This document shows, one piece after another, positions 40,727 through 49,958 of a DNA stretch of 64,000 nucleotides. The position numbers were made by a program, and so were the translations under genes. How positions within the stretch are numbered: position 1 is the first letter of the stretch; the number at the start of each line of letters is the position of its first letter. The stretch comes from a bacterium. GTDB lineage: Bacteria > Bacteroidota > Bacteroidia > NS11-12g > UBA9320. The notes under the pieces are model-generated. The model was not told the DNA's origin. It was given only the letters and a program-made list of their open reading frames with translations, and ran no database searches. The DNA lies in contig JAAEYY010000006.1 in assembly GCA_018223105.1 (NCBI GenBank), positions 72,806 to 136,805 on the forward strand, written 5' to 3'.

Positions 40727-42115
40727 TTATAGGTTTCCGTAAGCTTTGTCTAAATTGATTTTCGCTACACTTAATTCGTAAAGTGCATTGAGGTAGTTGG
40801 TTTGAGCTATAGTTAAATCACGTTCTGCATTCACCATCTCGAAGGAGCTACCTACGCCTTCTTGAAATTTAATTTTTGTGGTATTATAAATGGATTCTGA
40901 TAATTCAATGTTTTTCTTTTGGATTTCCAGATTTCGATATGCATTTCTGTAAGTAGTTTGCGCTTGCGCGATTTCAAGGGCAATACCGTTTTTGGCTTGC
41001 TCCAAAGAGTTAGTGGTTTTTAAGATGTCAACTCTTGCCTGGTCTGCTTTTGATTTCTTATACAATCCATCGAAAATGGGGATGCTCAGACTTAGACTGT
41101 ATGAAGACAATCCAAACCATTCATTTCCTAATTGATCGAACTGGTCTTTCTGACCGAAAGTGTTAAAACCGTAGTTTGCATTTAGATAAATGGTTGGAAT
41201 GTATCCTACTTGATATCTTTTGAGATCTAACTCATTTAAAGCTTGCTGTTGCTCCAAAATTTGTATTTCTATTCTGTTTGATAGGTCAGCGCTCTCAACA
41301 AATTCAGGAGAAAATGTAGTCTCATCAAACTCGGGAAGCGCTGTTGTTAAACTGATTTCCTGATTCACGTCTAAGCCCATGCTGTTTAACAATAACTTCT
41401 TCGTTAGCTCCGCCTGGTTTTGAAGATTGTTGATATTGATTTCCACCTGTGATACAGATAATACAAGTCGATCTACATCTAGTTGCTCTGCATAACCGGC
41501 ATCGTATAATTCTTGAGTTTCTTTTTTCAGTTTCTGCAAGTTCTCTAAACTCTTTTCAAGCTGTCCAAGGTTCTGTTCTGAAATCAAAGCCATGTAATAC
41601 GCTTTATAAACTCCTTCTTTAACATCTATGGCAGATTTAGACAGGAGGAGCTGACTCACATTCACAAACTCAGACGCCGCTTTCAATCCTAAAAAGAAGG
41701 TTCCGTCGAAGATGAGCTGCTGCATACCAACCGTTGCCTGTAAGGAGTATGGAACTCCAAATTGCGCAGGGAAAGATCCGAAACTTCTATTGGGGTCGGG
41801 TTGCACAAGACCTTCTTGAATCAGAACTCCGTAAACTGAAGGAGAAATGAAATCAGGAAATACCTGCGTTGCAATTTCCAGGTTATGGGTGAAATTTACA
41901 TTTCCATTGACTTGGGGTAGTCCCATGGATCGAACTTCATCTACCTGATTTTCAGCATACTCAATGTCGAGTGCTGCATTTCTGTGAGCTTGATTATTGG
42001 CTAAAGCGGTGCTTATGGCTTCGTCAAGGCTTATCTCGAGCACGTCACCCGGCTCTTGTTGAGCGAATGCTATGCTAAATGGTAGAAGTAAAACTAAGCT
42101 TAAGAGTTTTTTCAT
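40727..42115 (-). CDS. TolC-family outer membrane efflux protein
   Basis: It has a signal peptide and the two-repeat TolC architecture. It is 462 aa. Confidence 0.85.
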   Translation of the reverse strand: MKKLLSLVLLLPFSIAFAQQEPGDVLEISLDEAISTALANNQAHRNAALDIEYAENQVDEVRSMGLPQVNGNVNFTHNLEIATQVFPDFISPSVYGVLIQEGLVQPDPNRSFGSFPAQFGVPYSLQATVGMQQLIFDGTFFLGLKAASEFVNVSQLLLSKSAIDVKEGVYKAYYMALISEQNLGQLEKSLENLQKLKKETQELYDAGYAEQLDVDRLVLSVSQVEININNLQNQAELTKKLLLNSMGLDVNQEISLTTALPEFDETTFSPEFVESADLSNRIEIQILEQQQALNELDLKRYQVGYIPTIYLNANYGFNTFGQKDQFDQLGNEWFGLSSYSLSLSIPIFDGLYKKSKADQARVDILKTTNSLEQAKNGIALEIAQAQTTYRNAYRNLEIQKKNIELSESIYNTTKIKFQEGVGSSFEMVNAERDLTIAQTNYLNALYELSVAKINLDKAYGNL

Positions 42116-42756
42116 AATTTCAAATGTTCGTTGAGGTAGTCTGTTCCTTTGTTAGTACAAATACTATTTAAATGATAATGAATTGCTTCTGCTTGTAAAT
42201 TGGGGATTTCAATGTTTTGACCAATTGCAAAACCGGGTTGAACCATGTTTTGAACCAGGCATACATAGATGGAAGCAACAATGTCAATATTGAAATTTTC
42301 TCTGTATAGGCCTTCTTTACGACCTTGTATTATATTCTGTTTAATATTTTTAAAGATGAATTCTGTGGTGAAGTTTTGGAATTTTTGCCAGCAATTAGGA
42401 TAATACTTTTGTATATCATACATAACAGCCGGATTCATCCCTTCAAGGCTTTTATGAACGTACTTACTCATTTCTAGCACTTGCTCTATAGCATTTGTTG
42501 CTTCCTCAAAGCAAGTATTGCAAACATCCTTGTCGTTACTGAGGTGGTTGTCGAATACCGTATTCACCAATTCTCTTTTGTCCTTAAAGTGCTGATAAAT
42601 GGTTTTCTTGCTCATACCCAACTCACGAGCGAGATCGTCCATACTCACACTTTTAATGCCGATTCTCATGAAAATCGACTCGGCTTTTTTTATAATGAGG
42701 TCTCTCGTTTCCAAAATTCGGTGCAAATGTATACGCAGGAAACTTTCAAAATGCAA
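42112..42756 (-). CDS. TetR/AcrR family transcriptional regulator
   Basis: The HTH region is SVSMDDLARELGMSKKTIYQHFKDKRELV. It overlaps tolC by 4 nt. The start may be internal. Confidence 0.8.
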   Translation of the reverse strand: MHFESFLRIHLHRILETRDLIIKKAESIFMRIGIKSVSMDDLARELGMSKKTIYQHFKDKRELVNTVFDNHLSNDKDVCNTCFEEATNAIEQVLEMSKYVHKSLEGMNPAVMYDIQKYYPNCWQKFQNFTTEFIFKNIKQNIIQGRKEGLYRENFNIDIVASIYVCLVQNMVQPGFAIGQNIEIPNLQAEAIHYHLNSICTNKGTDYLNEHLKL

Positions 42757-42817
42757 ATCGTTTCCAATGTTTTTGATGATTATCGACGAGATTCACTTCT
42801 CGTTCTATATTTGAGCC

Positions 42818-43438
42818 GTGAATTCATCTTTCATAGTGGGCCTGTCGGGTGGTAGTGCCAGTGGTAAAACCTCCTTTATTCATGCGCTTCGCAAAGAATT
42901 TAGTGCAGAGGAATTATGTGTGATTTCACTGGATCATTACTATAAACCACTTTCGGCTCAAATAAGGGATGAAAACGGAGAAGTTAATTTTGATCACCCG
43001 GATGGAATCGATTTCGCTCGAGTAAAGAGAGATCTTAGGCTGCTTTTAAAGGGCAAAACGGTAAAAATTGTAGAGTATACATTTAATAACCCGGCACTTT
43101 TTCCTCAGCAACTTACTTTTAGACCAACTCCTATTATCTTAATTGAGGGCCTTTATGTGTTTGCAGACGCCGGACTAAGGAAAATGTTAGACTGGCGCTT
43201 GTTTCTTGAAGTTCACCAAGATGAAGCTTTTAGAAGGCGTTTAGAACGAGATCTCGAAGAACGAGGTATGACCGAAGAAGAAGTTCATTATCAATGGAAG
43301 AACCATGTAATTCCTTCTCACAAAGAACATCTTCAACCACACCTTAAAGATGTTCACCTGTTTATTGATAATAATCGCGATTTTAGGGAAGGCCTTGAGC
43401 AGGTTTGTTTGAAATTTAGAGAAATACTAAATTCTTAA
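42818..43438 (+). CDS. udk: Uridine kinase
   Basis: The P-loop is GLSGGSASGKTS. It is about 206 aa with a GTG start. Confidence 0.8.
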   Translation: MNSSFIVGLSGGSASGKTSFIHALRKEFSAEELCVISLDHYYKPLSAQIRDENGEVNFDHPDGIDFARVKRDLRLLLKGKTVKIVEYTFNNPALFPQQLTFRPTPIILIEGLYVFADAGLRKMLDWRLFLEVHQDEAFRRRLERDLEERGMTEEEVHYQWKNHVIPSHKEHLQPHLKDVHLFIDNNRDFREGLEQVCLKFREILNS

Positions 43439-43509
43439 TCACTTTAGACGCTTTATTATCAAAGCATTTCGTCATTTTTATGCCTTCATTTTATTCCGGC
43501 AATAATTAA

Positions 43510-43540
43510 TTGTCGAATTGACTGAATAAATTTACTTTTG
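43510..43540 (+). promoter_or_regulatory. Candidate Bacteroidota promoter upstream of secDF (TTG-N20-TACTTTTG)
   Basis: TTG lies at 43510-43512 and TACTTTTG at 43533-43540. Confidence 0.3.
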
Positions 43541-43578
43541 CAACCTTTTAAAATTAGCAAACAAGCACTTTACCAATA

Positions 43579-46500
43579 ATGAAGAATAAAGGATTTATTC
43601 AGGTTATTACCCTTCTACTATTACTGGCTAGTATTTATCAGCTTTCGTTTACATTCATTACCAACGGTGTTGAGAATGATGCAGAACGAGTAGCTACTCT
43701 CAAGTATCCTTCAGAAGATCAAACAAATCTTCGCGATTCATTCGAGAAGGAATACCTAGACTCAATGAGAGGTGTAGACGTTTACAATCTCGGGATTGGA
43801 AGTTTCACCTATTCAGAATGTTTGGAAAGAGAGTTAAATCTTGGACTGGATTTACAAGGGGGGATGAACGTAACCTTAGAGGTGGCAACTCCTGACATCA
43901 TCGATGCATTGTCTAACGAATCGGATAACAAAGAATATCGCGAAGCATTCGAGAAAGCAAAAGAAGAATATTTAGGTCAAAGAAACTTTGTTGACGTATT
44001 TGCAGAAAACTATAAGGAAGTGGCTCCAGAGGGTCAGCTAGCTTCAATTTTCTATTCTAGAGAGTTGGAAGACTATTTGCCGAATAAGTTCAATTCTACC
44101 AACGAAGAGATTTACGAATACCTTAAGATCGAAACTGAGTCGGCAATCGACAGAGCATTTGAAATTATCAGTACTCGTATCGATAAATTTGGTGTTGCTC
44201 AGCCGAACATTCAGCGTTTGGAAAACGGCCGTATTCTGGTTGAATTACCGGGTGTTGATGATCCGAGCAGGGTGAGAAAGATTTTACAAGGTGCAGCCGA
44301 ACTTCAGTTCTGGTTTATGTATCCTTTAAACGATGCATATGAGCACCTTTCTAATGTAAACAAGATCGTTTATTCATTAGAAAAGCCGGCAGGTGATTCT
44401 GCGGCTGCAGAGAATACAGGCTTGAGTTCAAGCTTGGATGGAGGTTTAACTTCAACAGAGTCCGAAGAAAGTACAGACTCAACTGAAGAAGGAAGTCTAA
44501 CAGGTTCTCTTGAATCTACAGATTCTCTGGACCAACCAGACAGCACTAAATCTCAGGAACAACTACAGGCAGAAAATCCAGTACTATCTAAATTTACTCC
44601 TAACATTGACCAGGAAAATAATACTTGGAGACCTAATGGAATCTTGGGATATGTTCAAGAAACGGATAAAGACGACTTTGATAAATGGTTTAATCTACCT
44701 GAAGTGAAAGATGCATTACCTGTAGATATTCACTTCAAATGGAGCTTTAAGCCAATTGATGAAGCGGGTACGATCTGGGCATTATACGCGCTTAAGTCTA
44801 ATAAAGATGGCGATCCTGCATTAGAAGGAGATGTAATTACCGATGCAAGACCTTCTCGTCAGGCAAACGGTGAACTTTCTGTAAGCATGACAATGAACCA
44901 GGAAGGAGCGAAAACTTGGAGATTAATCACTGCTCAAGCAGCCAGCGCTAATCCAAAAGAAGCAATTGCAATTGTTCTTGATAATCAAGTATACAGTGCT
45001 CCTACGGTAAACGGTGAGATTCCAAACGGAATGTCAGTTATTGAAGGTAACTATACTCAGAATGAAGCGGAAGATTTAGCGAATATTTTGAAAGCGGGTA
45101 AATTACCTGCACCGGCAAGAATTACAGGTGAGAGTACTGTTGGACCAACTTTGGGTGCGAAAGCAATCGCAAGTGGTCAAACTTCATTAATCATCGGTTT
45201 CCTTTTGGTAATCGTGTTTATGATATTCTACTACGGAAAAGCCGGTATTTATGCGGATATCGCCTTGCTTGTAAACTTACTCCTAATTGTAGGTGTTCTT
45301 GCGGGTTACGGTGCTGCCTTAACATTACCGGGTATGGCAGGTTTAGTATTGACCATCGGTATGGCGGTCGATGCGAACGTACTTGTATTTGAAAGGATAC
45401 GGGAAGAGTTTAAAAACGGAAAGTCATTTAAGATGGCGGTTCGCGATGGTTATAAAGGAGCTTACTCTTCAATTATAGATGCGAACATTACAACAGCAAT
45501 TGCAGGTATTATTCTATTGGTTCTAGGTAAAGGGCCGGTTATGGGATTTGCTGTGATTCTTGTTATTGGTATCGCTTCTTCTCTTTTTACCTCTATCTTC
45601 TTAACCAGACTCTTTATTGAAAGAGACATTGATAAAGGAAGAGAAACTACATTCTACACTAACTTCTCTAAGAATATTTTCCAATCATTTAATTGGAACT
45701 TCATCGGTAAACGTAAGATTTTCTATATCGTTTCCGGATTGATTATAACGGCAGGAATTATTTCACTTTCTACCAAAGGTTTGAGTAGAGGTGTTGATTT
45801 TGACGGGGGATGGAGTTACACCATTCAGGTAGATGATGCTAGTGTTGGCGAGATTCGAAATGCTTTAAATAGCGGATTAGGTCAGGAAGCAAATAACCAG
45901 GTGAAAACTTATGGTGGAGATGGTCAGTACAGAGTTACTACTACCTACATGATCAACAGCACCGATAAAGAAGCTGCTGAGAATGTTCAGGCCAAAGTGA
46001 TTGAATCTCTTAGCGACTTTAAAGTTTCAACGGATGATATTTTGTCTTCAGATAAAGTTGGACCAACCATTGCAGAAGATATTAAAAACAGATCTACCAT
46101 TGCGATTATCGTTGCATTGATCGGTATCTTCCTATATATTATCGGCAGGTTCCGTAAATGGGGCTTTGGACTTGGTGCAACAGTTGCTTTGTTCCACGAC
46201 GTTTTAATCGTATTCTCACTATACTCTATCTTAGATGGTATATTGCCATTTAGCTTAGATATAGACCAGGCCTTTATTGCGGCAATCCTTACGGTTGTGG
46301 GTTACTCTATTAACGATACGGTGGTTGTATTTGACCGTGTAAGAGAGTTCCTTGCACTGAACAAACACGAATCTGATCTCGGAGCTGTAATTAACGATGC
46401 GATCAACCAGACCTTGAGTAGAACGATGATTACATCATTAACAACCTTGCTTGTAATTGTGATTCTATTCGTTGCGGGTGGTGAGGGTCTTAAAGACTTT

Positions 46501-46602
46501 ACTTTCGCACTCTTGATAGGTGTGGCAGTTGGTACTTATTCATCGGTATGTATTGCAACTCCAATTGTGGTTGACTTCTTAAAATCAAGAAAGAAGAAAT
46601 AA
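43579..46602 (+). CDS. secDF: Protein translocase subunit SecDF (fused SecD-SecF)
   Basis: It is 1007 aa, with SecD and SecF membrane domains and a Ser/Thr/Glu-rich low-complexity insert in the periplasmic domain. Confidence 0.9.
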   Translation: MKNKGFIQVITLLLLLASIYQLSFTFITNGVENDAERVATLKYPSEDQTNLRDSFEKEYLDSMRGVDVYNLGIGSFTYSECLERELNLGLDLQGGMNVTLEVATPDIIDALSNESDNKEYREAFEKAKEEYLGQRNFVDVFAENYKEVAPEGQLASIFYSRELEDYLPNKFNSTNEEIYEYLKIETESAIDRAFEIISTRIDKFGVAQPNIQRLENGRILVELPGVDDPSRVRKILQGAAELQFWFMYPLNDAYEHLSNVNKIVYSLEKPAGDSAAAENTGLSSSLDGGLTSTESEESTDSTEEGSLTGSLESTDSLDQPDSTKSQEQLQAENPVLSKFTPNIDQENNTWRPNGILGYVQETDKDDFDKWFNLPEVKDALPVDIHFKWSFKPIDEAGTIWALYALKSNKDGDPALEGDVITDARPSRQANGELSVSMTMNQEGAKTWRLITAQAASANPKEAIAIVLDNQVYSAPTVNGEIPNGMSVIEGNYTQNEAEDLANILKAGKLPAPARITGESTVGPTLGAKAIASGQTSLIIGFLLVIVFMIFYYGKAGIYADIALLVNLLLIVGVLAGYGAALTLPGMAGLVLTIGMAVDANVLVFERIREEFKNGKSFKMAVRDGYKGAYSSIIDANITTAIAGIILLVLGKGPVMGFAVILVIGIASSLFTSIFLTRLFIERDIDKGRETTFYTNFSKNIFQSFNWNFIGKRKIFYIVSGLIITAGIISLSTKGLSRGVDFDGGWSYTIQVDDASVGEIRNALNSGLGQEANNQVKTYGGDGQYRVTTTYMINSTDKEAAENVQAKVIESLSDFKVSTDDILSSDKVGPTIAEDIKNRSTIAIIVALIGIFLYIIGRFRKWGFGLGATVALFHDVLIVFSLYSILDGILPFSLDIDQAFIAAILTVVGYSINDTVVVFDRVREFLALNKHESDLGAVINDAINQTLSRTMITSLTTLLVIVILFVAGGEGLKDFTFALLIGVAVGTYSSVCIATPIVVDFLKSRKKK

Positions 46603-46624
46603 ACCCATAAAAAGTATAAATAGA

Positions 46625-46655
46625 AAATCCCGCCGTAGGCGGGATTTTTTTTGTT
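46625..46655 (+). terminator. Rho-independent terminator after secDF
   Basis: The hairpin AATCCCGCC-GTAG-GGCGGGATT is perfect and is followed by TTTTTTTT. Confidence 0.8.
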
Positions 46656-46732
46656 TCAAATTCTAGATCACTCTTTGACTACGTTCCTCCGCAAACCCTC
46701 TCCGCCGGCTGGCGGATTCGTAGATCGAAGGA

Positions 46733-46784
46733 AAGCTACGTAGAATGTAGATGTCTACTAAGCTGAAGCTACGTAGAATGTAGA
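46733..46784. repeat. Two direct copies of the 19-nt AAGCTACGTAGAATGTAGA at 33-bp spacing, each containing the palindrome CTACGTAG
   Basis: The copies lie at 46733-46751 and 46766-46784 in the convergent secDF / recG intergenic region. Confidence 0.6.
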
Positions 46785-46816
46785 CCCTTTGTGTCGTGGT
46801 GTCTTTGTGAGAACTC

Positions 46817-48910
46817 CTACGCTATCTTACTCCACTCCTCAAACCCATTCCTATGCTCCAAATACCGCCTCAAGCCTTGTTGTTGCGGTAATTTCAATTC
46901 CGGGTCCTCTGTAAATAGATGCTCTAAAGAGGTTCTTGCAGCCAACGCTATATCCCGATCTTCACTTAAAGAGGCTAACTTAAGCTGATCTAAACCACTC
47001 TGTCTGGTCCCGCTAATATCACCAAAACCCCTTAATTGCATATCAATCTCGCTGAGTTCGAACCCGCTGCTACGTTTAACCATAGCCTTCAATCTAATTT
47101 CAGCATTCTCGCTCAGCTTTTTAGAACTCATTAAAATACAATAGGATTGATCTGCACCTCGACCAACTCTTCCGCGTAACTGATGTAACTGACTTAATCC
47201 AAATTTCTCAGCGCTCTCAATTACCATGATACTCGCGTTCGGAACATCTATACCAACTTCAATCACGGTAGTACTTACCAGTATTTGGCAGCCTTTGTCC
47301 TTAAATCTTTTCATCACCGCCTCTTTGTCTTCGCTGTTCATTTGTCCGTGAAGCATGTCTACCTGGTATTTGGGTCTCGGGAAAGCTTTAAGTAATTCAT
47401 CATAGCCGTTATTGAGATCTTTGTAATTGAAATTGTCGCTTTCTTCAATTAATGGGTAAACGATATAAGCTTGCTTTCCTGCATCAACTGCAGATCGAAT
47501 AAATTCCCAAACTTTGGGTCGTGCAAAACCAAAGCGATGCACTGTTTTAATCGTTTTCCGTCCTTTGGGTAGTTCATCTATTACTGAGTAGTCAAGATCA
47601 CCATAAACGCTCATTGCAAGGGTCCTGGGGATAGGCGTAGCAGTCATCACTAGCACATGTGGGTCTTTACCACCTTTTGCTTGTAATTTGGCTCTTTGTG
47701 CCACACCAAAGCGATGTTGTTCATCAATTACCACTAATCCCTGCTTGGGAATCTGAACTTTATCTTCAATTAGGGCATGAGTTCCTATTAGTATTTTGAT
47801 TTCTCCAAGCTTCAATAGCCTGTGAATCTCTTTTCGTTCTGCTGCAGAAGTAGATCCTGTTAGCAAGGCAATTGGAATGTTCTGTTTCTCTGCTAGCTGT
47901 TTAAGTCCTATATAATGCTGGCTGGCGAGAATTTCAGTGGGGGCCATTAGTGAACATTGATAACCTGAATCTATAGCCATTAACATGGATAGAAATGCTA
48001 CTATCGTCTTGCCGCTTCCTACATCACCCTGAAGTAAGCGGTTCATCTGTTTACCTGAGCATAAATCTGTCTTGATTTCTTGAAGCACCCGGGTCTGAGC
48101 GCCTGTGAGATCAAAGGGGATATGCTGTTCAATGAACTCCTGAAACAGCGGCATGTTTTTTTCAAACACCAAGCCTTCTTTTGCTTGTGAACGATTAATT
48201 CTTTGATGTATAAAGGGGAATTGCAGAAAAAACAACTCCTCAAATTTAAATCGCTGTCGAGCAGCGATGCTTTGCTTGGTGCTATTTGGACGGTGGACTT
48301 GACGAAAAGCCTCTGCTCGTGATAACAGTTTATACTTTTCAAGAATCCATGAAGGCAAAATTTCCGGGATATCTAATTTTTCGTGGTCCAATAAATTACT
48401 CATCATTCCCCGAATTGATTTGCTGTCAATACGAGACTTTCTCATTCGCTCGGTGAGAGAATATATTGCGTATAAGCCACTATTTTTCTTGGCTTCTTCC
48501 AGACTAATAATTTCAGGATGCGGAAAATTTAGTTTGCCATTAAAAGAATTAGCTTTTCCATACAGTACCACTTCCTCATTGGTTTTAAGGCTTTTATTGA
48601 GCCATTGTACCCCCTTAAACCAAACTAATTCAGTTTCTTCTTTGCCGTCGCTGAAGATTGCAGAAAGTCTGCTGTTTCTTTGGAAGCCGATCATGTTCTT
48701 AGAAAGAATTCTTCCTTTGATTTGGTATGGACCTGCATCGGGCACAACATCCTTAATCATACTAAATTTTGAGCGGTCTTCGTATCGGAAAGGGAAGTAC
48801 ATTAATAAATCTTCAAAAGTGCGAATACCAAGTTCGGTTTGAAGGATCTTAGCCCTTGTTTCACCTACACCTTTTAAGTACGTAATCTCACTATTTAAAA
48901 ACTCATTCAT
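46817..48910 (-). CDS. recG: ATP-dependent DNA helicase RecG
   Basis: It is 697 aa with Walker A GDVGSGKT, a DEQHRFG box and an N-terminal wedge domain. Confidence 0.9.
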   Translation of the reverse strand: MNEFLNSEITYLKGVGETRAKILQTELGIRTFEDLLMYFPFRYEDRSKFSMIKDVVPDAGPYQIKGRILSKNMIGFQRNSRLSAIFSDGKEETELVWFKGVQWLNKSLKTNEEVVLYGKANSFNGKLNFPHPEIISLEEAKKNSGLYAIYSLTERMRKSRIDSKSIRGMMSNLLDHEKLDIPEILPSWILEKYKLLSRAEAFRQVHRPNSTKQSIAARQRFKFEELFFLQFPFIHQRINRSQAKEGLVFEKNMPLFQEFIEQHIPFDLTGAQTRVLQEIKTDLCSGKQMNRLLQGDVGSGKTIVAFLSMLMAIDSGYQCSLMAPTEILASQHYIGLKQLAEKQNIPIALLTGSTSAAERKEIHRLLKLGEIKILIGTHALIEDKVQIPKQGLVVIDEQHRFGVAQRAKLQAKGGKDPHVLVMTATPIPRTLAMSVYGDLDYSVIDELPKGRKTIKTVHRFGFARPKVWEFIRSAVDAGKQAYIVYPLIEESDNFNYKDLNNGYDELLKAFPRPKYQVDMLHGQMNSEDKEAVMKRFKDKGCQILVSTTVIEVGIDVPNASIMVIESAEKFGLSQLHQLRGRVGRGADQSYCILMSSKKLSENAEIRLKAMVKRSSGFELSEIDMQLRGFGDISGTRQSGLDQLKLASLSEDRDIALAARTSLEHLFTEDPELKLPQQQGLRRYLEHRNGFEEWSKIA

Positions 48911-49851
48911 TAATTATACATGTTTCCAATTAAAGCGCCTAACTCCATCAGCCAGGCAATACCCACGTGCACTATAATTCCACCAATAATGGATCTACTG
49001 TAATAAGTAACAATTCCCAGAATACTTCCCCCGAATAATGAACTTACAAGCTCTCCGGCCGGCTTACCCCAGTGTATGGTGCAATAAAATAAGGCCATTG
49101 GCAATAATACCCGAGGACCTGCAACTTCAAGGAAGGCTAATATTAAAAATCCCCGAAAGAAGAACTCAACATTCAGGAAATCTGAACCGTAAAATATCTC
49201 ATAAATGATGAAGTACCATTTATGGTCCGGGTTATTTATATCAAGATCTTGAAAATTTGCTCCTCTTGGGTATGCTCCTAGAAAGTCGGCCTGAGTAGAG
49301 GCTACAACTATTAATGGTAGCATGAGCAGCAACATAGCGAAGTAAGGCTTAGTTGAAAATTTCTTTAACGTGAATCCATAAAAGGAGTATTTCCTGCGGT
49401 CTCCGGACCATATCCAATATATCCAGATAACTCCAAATACGATTGCAGCCCTCAGTACGGTACAAATAATTCGATAATAGAAAAGTGAATGCTCGATGTT
49501 CTGGTATTTATCCCACCATAAGTTAGCCAGTAAATTAACATTGCTTCTTAAAGCGAAAACAAGTAAAGCGAAGAAAAATAGAAACCAGAATTTCTGATTT
49601 TTAAGAAAGCCTGTGTCCTTATGGTTAAATGCACTAAAAAGGTAACCGATTAAAAAAGGAATCCCGTAAAGCACCATGTGAAATACAATCATTTCAGGGC
49701 TGTGTCTATGTTCATTTGCAATATTGTCTATAAAGTCAGTGCCGTAATTCAGGTAGGCAAAAAGGGCGGTATAAACAAAAGCAAAAATGTAATCATAACC
49801 GTTTAGATGGTCCTTGTGAAAAGCTTTTAAATACCCAATGATTGTTCTCAA
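48910..49851 (-). CDS. CPBP-family intramembrane metalloprotease (CAAX protease / Abi-like)
   Basis: It has multiple transmembrane segments and the conserved EE...FR and H motifs (FFFRGFLILAFLE, TIHWG). It overlaps the recG start by 1 nt. Confidence 0.7.
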   Translation of the reverse strand: MRTIIGYLKAFHKDHLNGYDYIFAFVYTALFAYLNYGTDFIDNIANEHRHSPEMIVFHMVLYGIPFLIGYLFSAFNHKDTGFLKNQKFWFLFFFALLVFALRSNVNLLANLWWDKYQNIEHSLFYYRIICTVLRAAIVFGVIWIYWIWSGDRRKYSFYGFTLKKFSTKPYFAMLLLMLPLIVVASTQADFLGAYPRGANFQDLDINNPDHKWYFIIYEIFYGSDFLNVEFFFRGFLILAFLEVAGPRVLLPMALFYCTIHWGKPAGELVSSLFGGSILGIVTYYSRSIIGGIIVHVGIAWLMELGALIGNMYN

Positions 49852-49958
49852 TATGCTCGATTTCAGGACAATACTATTTATTCCATTCTATATTTCAAAA
49901 ACCGTGTTCAAAATGTGAACATTTAGCTCAATCTGCACCTTATACTTGTAGCTCAAAT

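Noticed and set aside
46733-46784. Possible CRISPR array
   Set aside because: It has only two 19-bp repeats with a 14-bp spacer, no cas genes and no array architecture.
49842-49958. 5' extension of the dnaE ORF (track start 49842)
   Set aside because: The canonical PHP-domain N-terminus MPSFSHLHCHSQFSLLDG starts at ATG 49959. The extension would overlap the divergent CPBP gene start.
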